Source of the DNA: a virus
Direction: 5' to 3' (one strand)
DNA: 42,072 bases
IMG/VR virus record: IMGVR_UViG_3300020231_000007
This document shows positions 39,355 to 42,072 of the stretch, piece by piece. The first letter of the stretch is position 1, and every line of letters begins with the position of its first letter. The notes under the pieces were generated by a model. That model made no database searches, was not told the origin of the DNA, and worked only from the letters and a program-made list of their open reading frames with translations. Both the position numbers and the translations under genes were made by a program.

Positions 39355-39778
39355 CACCCCTATAGCCATATCACTAGATGTAAAAAATCAACTCATAGAA
39401 GATTGCATTAGGCATGGTAGATCAACCACCTTAATAGAACAAAAATACTCAATAGCGAAATTCCTACACGCTGAACAAAAGCTATTGGATGAATTCCCTG
39501 ATTACAAACCACCCTTAAAAGACATGCCTTTGGAATTCAGATGCCAAGTAGTTAATCATTATCCTAGCGCTGAAAACTCATTTCAATTCACGTTTCCAGA
39601 AAACACCCTGTCTGATATCAATAACGGTGTAATAGAGTCAGAAGATCAGTGCTCTTTACGTATCCCGATTACAACATCAAAAGAATTCACTCAAGAGAAA
39701 CTTGAAGCTTTGGATAAGGTATTCATTGGTGACTTAAAACTAGTGAGGGTCGTATCCAATGACGATGACCCTAAGTGA
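39347..39778 (+). CDS. Hypothetical protein (143 aa from MNNTPIAISL..)
   Basis: The ATG at 39347 overlaps the upstream ORF's end by 8 nt. The track start at 39260 lies inside the previous ORF. Confidence 0.55.
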   Translation: MNNTPIAISLDVKNQLIEDCIRHGRSTTLIEQKYSIAKFLHAEQKLLDEFPDYKPPLKDMPLEFRCQVVNHYPSAENSFQFTFPENTLSDINNGVIESEDQCSLRIPITTSKEFTQEKLEALDKVFIGDLKLVRVVSNDDDPK

Positions 39779-41312
39779 ACTCAAAGACTTTTGCACCCCT
39801 GAACGTTTAGCTCAAATCCCCCAAGACATGCGGGTTGAGATACTCCAATCCCTAGGCAATCTCAATAAGTGGGTTCCAACTGAAGGCCCTCAAGCTGATG
39901 CCTATCACTGCAAAGCTGATATCCTGTTTTTCGGAGGATCAGGTGGATGCGGTAAGACATCACTGATCTGTGGTACAGCCAGAGAGAAGCATCGCAAATC
40001 AATCATATTTAGAAAACAGTCAACTCAGCTTGTGGATATCATCGATGAAGTTAGAGGCATGTGCCCACCAGGCCACAAGTATAATGGTAAAGATCGAATA
40101 TTCCGCTTTGATGGAATACAGATAGAGTTTGGCTCTTTCAATAATAAAGGTGATGAAGAAGGGTACCGGGGCAGGCCGCATGACCTTAAATGTTTTGATG
40201 AAATCTGCACCATCCCCAAAAAGCAATTCATATTTCTGACCGCATGGCTTAGGACTACGGATCCCAAAGCTCCCAAGCCAAGAATCATATGCACTGGCAA
40301 TCCTCCATCCGATCCAGATGGGCAATGGGTCATCGAATATTGGGCTCCATGGCTTGATCCAAAACATCCTAATCCAGCCAAAGCTGGTGAGCTTCGATGG
40401 TTTACCACTATTGATGGCAAAGACGTGGAGTGCCCAAATGGCGATACTTTCAAGCATGGTAACGAAACTCTCACACCAAAAAGCCGTACCTTTATACCCG
40501 CATTGATTGATGACAATCCTTACCTCAAGGACACCGAGTATCGGGCTACCCTCCAAGCCATGCCTGAGCCGTTCAGAAGTCAGATGCTTTATGGTGATTT
40601 TTCCGCAGGTGTTGAAGACAATGCTATGCAAGTTATCCCCACCTCATGGATTGAGGCGGCAATGGATCGATGGGAACCCCGGAAGATCAAGGGTGTTCAA
40701 GATTCTCTTGGTGTTGACGTTGGCTGCGGTGGGCTTGACCAAACAGTCATCAGTGCAAGATACGGCAACTGGTTTGACGAATTAATAACTCATCCCGGCA
40801 AATCAACACCAGATGGACCCATAACAGCCGGTCTAGTACTGGCAGCCAGAAGAAACATGGCTCCAATCCATATCGACGTGATTGGATGGGGTAAGTCAGC
40901 AACAGATTTTTTGGTAAACGCTAAGGTTCAAACAATCCCCTGCAATGCTGCGAGCACGTTCGAATCAAAGCACCAGTCAACTGCCACTAAAGATGGGGCA
41001 GATGGCGTACTAAGATTCCACAATCATCGGGCAATGTGGTATTGGAGAATGCGCGAAGCCTTGGATCCAGAGAACGAATTAGCAATTGAATTACCAAATG
41101 ATCCAGAGCTCAAGTCTGAACTTGCTGCACCAATCTGGAAACTAACTCAACGTGGAATCCTGATTGAATCAAAAGACGACATCAAAGACAAGCTCGGCAG
41201 ATCCCCGGACAAAGCAGACGCAGTTGTGTTTGCCAACATTTGCACTGTTAAAGAAGAAGTCATCGATAACGAGAAATATGACATACCTGAAGAGGCCAGC
41301 TACTACTCATGA
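39759..41312 (+). CDS. terL: Large terminase subunit
   Basis: 517 aa. Walker A-like GGSGGCGKTS, Walker B-like LKCFDE, and a C-terminal nuclease-type region (..GVDVG.GG.D..V......).. It sits immediately upstream of the portal with an ATGA overlap. Confidence 0.85.
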   Translation: MTMTLSELKDFCTPERLAQIPQDMRVEILQSLGNLNKWVPTEGPQADAYHCKADILFFGGSGGCGKTSLICGTAREKHRKSIIFRKQSTQLVDIIDEVRGMCPPGHKYNGKDRIFRFDGIQIEFGSFNNKGDEEGYRGRPHDLKCFDEICTIPKKQFIFLTAWLRTTDPKAPKPRIICTGNPPSDPDGQWVIEYWAPWLDPKHPNPAKAGELRWFTTIDGKDVECPNGDTFKHGNETLTPKSRTFIPALIDDNPYLKDTEYRATLQAMPEPFRSQMLYGDFSAGVEDNAMQVIPTSWIEAAMDRWEPRKIKGVQDSLGVDVGCGGLDQTVISARYGNWFDELITHPGKSTPDGPITAGLVLAARRNMAPIHIDVIGWGKSATDFLVNAKVQTIPCNAASTFESKHQSTATKDGADGVLRFHNHRAMWYWRMREALDPENELAIELPNDPELKSELAAPIWKLTQRGILIESKDDIKDKLGRSPDKADAVVFANICTVKEEVIDNEKYDIPEEASYYS

Positions 41313-42072
41313 GCCAAGATAATGCCAACGTGGACATGAAGCCACCAGCCACAAGCGAAGAATCAAACGAGATCCAGCGTTGGGGTGAGCAGCTTGGCAA
41401 GGATTACTATGTGCTCGAAGGCCAAAGGGATCGAGGCGATAGGAATCTAAGATTTGCCCATATCCCCGGGGGTCAGTGGGAAGGCAGTGACGAGCAGCGA
41501 TGGCAGAATCGTATTCGAATGGAGTTCAACAAAGTTTCATCGGCTATTCACAAGTTCAATGGTGAATCCCAATCAAACAGAAAAACTGTCACATATAAGC
41601 CAGCCACCGATGAGGGCAAAGACACTGCACGAATACTGAACGGACTATTCCGCAAAGATTTCCGGCAATCAGGTGGCGTCGATGCCTATGATGATTCGAT
41701 AAACGAAATGGCAACGGCAACTGTTGGCGCCTATCGATTGACAACAGAGCGTTCTGATCCATCTGACATTGAAAGTGATAAGCAAAAAGTTGTTTGGAAG
41801 TTCATTCCCAATTCTTACAAGACTGTAGTTTGGGATTCAAACGCTCGGGAAATGTCAAAGAAGGATGCTCGTTGGGGAACTATTCTCACTCCTTACACTA
41901 ACGATGCATTCGAGGAAGAATTCCCAGGGTTTCAGGTTGCCAGTGTCGGCCTGCCAGAAAAGAATGACCAGTTCTCATTGACTCGTAACTTTCGATGGCG
42001 CTCCAACGATACAATTTATGTTGCTGAGCGTTACGCAATTAAGAAGAAGAAGAAAACAGCATTCATCTATGA
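41309..42072 (+). CDS. Portal protein, N-terminal part (continues at nt 1..1549)
   Basis: The ATG at 41309 overlaps the terL stop (ATGA). The frame stays open to the window end, which is why it is absent from the ORF track. It is in frame with 2..1549 through the 141-nt overlap. Confidence 0.9.
   Translation, partial: MSQDNANVDMKPPATSEESNEIQRWGEQLGKDYYVLEGQRDRGDRNLRFAHIPGGQWEGSDEQRWQNRIRMEFNKVSSAIHKFNGESQSNRKTVTYKPATDEGKDTARILNGLFRKDFRQSGGVDAYDDSINEMATATVGAYRLTTERSDPSDIESDKQKVVWKFIPNSYKTVVWDSNAREMSKKDARWGTILTPYTNDAFEEEFPGFQVASVGLPEKNDQFSLTRNFRWRSNDTIYVAERYAIKKKKKTAFIY
41932..42072. repeat. Second copy of the 141-nt terminal overlap
   Basis: Identical to nt 1-141. Confidence 0.95.

Overview
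The window is one complete, circularly closed or terminally redundant dsDNA phage genome. Nt 1-141 are identical to nt 41932-42072, giving a unit length of 41931 bp, and the join splits the portal gene.

The head and packaging module is P22-like and runs in P22 order on the + strand, from 38503 across the junction to 19366:
- terS-like gene, three small ORFs, terL, portal, two hidden mini-ORFs, scaffold, P22-type coat, and a gp4-like adaptor;
- a giant 1784-aa modular fibre, then a gp10-like hub;
- four internal or ejection-type proteins;
- a tailspike with a P22-type head-binding N-terminus and an S74 intramolecular-chaperone C-terminus;
- two membrane proteins.

Two divergent early operons start at about 31.8 kb.
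- The leftward operon (31766 down to 19391, - strand) carries about 40 small genes. These include a DUF2829/Tad2-like gene, a non-canonical tRNA-like element, YopX, a YqaJ-type exonuclease, SSB and a DUF1351-like protein.
- The rightward operon (31904-36239, + strand) carries a double zinc-ribbon protein, replication-loader-like genes, a triplicated small paralog family, and NinB-like and NinG genes.
- A separate minus-strand island of small genes (36354-38188) lies between the nin region and terS.

I could not recognise an integrase, a CI/Cro-type repressor, a partition system or an endolysin.

The most notable non-coding signals are:
- a 17-bp dyad (CTGTAT-N5-ATACAG, SOS-box-like arms but a 9-nt spacer) embedded in five sigma70-like promoters;
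- three 19-nt direct repeats around a promoter upstream of terS;
- a gene-cassette locus at 27.3-29.5 kb, where different small ORFs share identical 5' leaders and 3' tails and sit next to a ~500-nt non-coding, hairpin-rich stretch;
- a tRNA-like element with a perfect acceptor, T-arm and CCA but no canonical anticodon arm.

All homology calls are by-eye comparisons from memory. No database search was run.
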